The position numbers and the translations under genes were made by a program. Under the pieces are notes generated by a model. It worked only from the letters and a program-made list of their open reading frames with translations, did not search any database and was not told the origin of the DNA. A DNA stretch of 63,633 nucleotides, filler included, from Circinaria calcarea (lineage: Eukaryota), in assembly GCA_051942165.1 (NCBI GenBank). It is 9 parts of 9 records of this genome, joined end to end, with 100 filler letters (N's around TTAATTAATTAA, not from the genome) between each part and the next. Parts side by side here need not be neighbours in the genome. Positions count along the whole stretch, not along the records: positions 56,664 to 63,633 come from JAVECS010001445.1; 8 more parts are not named here. One strand, given 5' to 3'. Of the stretch, positions 62,994 to 63,633 are shown in pieces; position 1 is the first letter of the stretch; each line of letters opens with the position of its first letter.

Positions 62994-63633
62994 ATGAGTA
63001 AGAAGCAATTCAAATCCCAGGCTTCCAGTAGCCGAGCTTTTTCTGGGGCTTTTGGCGCTCAAGATGGAGTGTCTGGGATCGGTAGCCCTGCACCAGCTCT
63101 GGGGTTTGGTGTAATCTCTTCCTCGCCGCTCTCATACGTCTACGAGCCTCCAGATCTGAGTAAGATTCCCGAGCCGAACGCGGTGGTAGCATTCAAAAAC
63201 GTACAGAAGAAGGACAGCACTACGAAGGCTAAGGCTCTCGAAGAAATACAAGCCTACGTTCTGAACCCAAACACTGGGAAGGGCGGATTGGAGGATTCAA
63301 TAGTGGAAGCATGGGTTGGTTCACCAGAGAGCGTCAAGGTGTCATTGTAGTAATGAGATTGTGTCTTCCTAGATCAAAATATACCCTCGAACATCCATAG
63401 ATAGCTCACGCCGAGTACGTCAACTTGCCCACAATGTCCAAGGCAGTATTGCGCTCGCCTGTGGCAAGCGGATGGCCAAGTTCATGCCCCATATCATAGG
63501 TCCTTGGCTCGCTGGCTTGTATGATAACGATAGACTAGTCATACGTGCGGCCAACGAAGCTTTCGTTCAAGTCTTTCCTGGCGGTGGGGAGAAGCAGAAG
63601 ACTGTATTGAAGGTCTATCAGCCTTCGATCCTC
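62994..63633 (+). CDS. LTN1: RQC E3 ubiquitin ligase listerin (Ltn1/Rkr1), 5' part (3' truncated)
   Basis: MSKKQFKSQASSSRA...SSPLSYVYEPPDLS...VVAFKNVQKKDSTTKAKALEE...AW|IKIYPRTSIDSSRRVRQLAH...GPWLAGLYDND. Confidence 0.93.

Noticed and set aside
1..63633. tRNA, rRNA, intact transposase/retroelement, Starship captain or viral genes
   Set aside because: No cloverleaf, rRNA signature, DDE/RT/integrase or DUF3435 motifs recognised by eye; small ncRNAs could be missed without covariance models

Overview
Eukaryotic DNA from a filamentous ascomycete (Pezizomycotina-type genes; short GT-AG introns with CTRAY branch points). The window is not contiguous. It is nine contigs of about 7 kb (6989, 6985, 6983, 6983, 6982, 6982, 6981, 6978, 6970 bp, i.e. 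sorted by decreasing length) joined by an artificial 100-bp linker (44 N + TTAATTAATTAA + 44 N), so gene neighbourhood only means something within a contig. Most genes are conserved housekeeping genes: TOR, TOP2 tail, RPS13, SDC1/Dpy-30, FAN1, RPL16, PFF1, QCR9, UBR1, CWC23, OPY1-like, RIA1/EFL1, eIF2-alpha, YVC1, RAD3/XPD and LTN1. Metabolic or accessory genes include a PUT4-like permease, a DUF1989 protein, a GRE2-like reductase, a GH32 invertase, a CYP58-like P450, a DUF3176 protein, an ankyrin protein, an SRPBCC protein and an F-box-like protein. The best candidates for something under-described are (1) a divergent permease + DUF1989 pair with GATA/CGG sites between them, a possible nitrogen-scavenging module; (2) a divergent, lesion-bearing SNF2 ATPase with a PB1-like N-terminal segment and a Cys/His insert, on a contig with no core genes; and (3) a decayed SprT-like protease with RIP-like changes. 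I found no tRNA, rRNA, CRISPR array or intact transposase. All family calls come from motif recognition by eye, not database searches.
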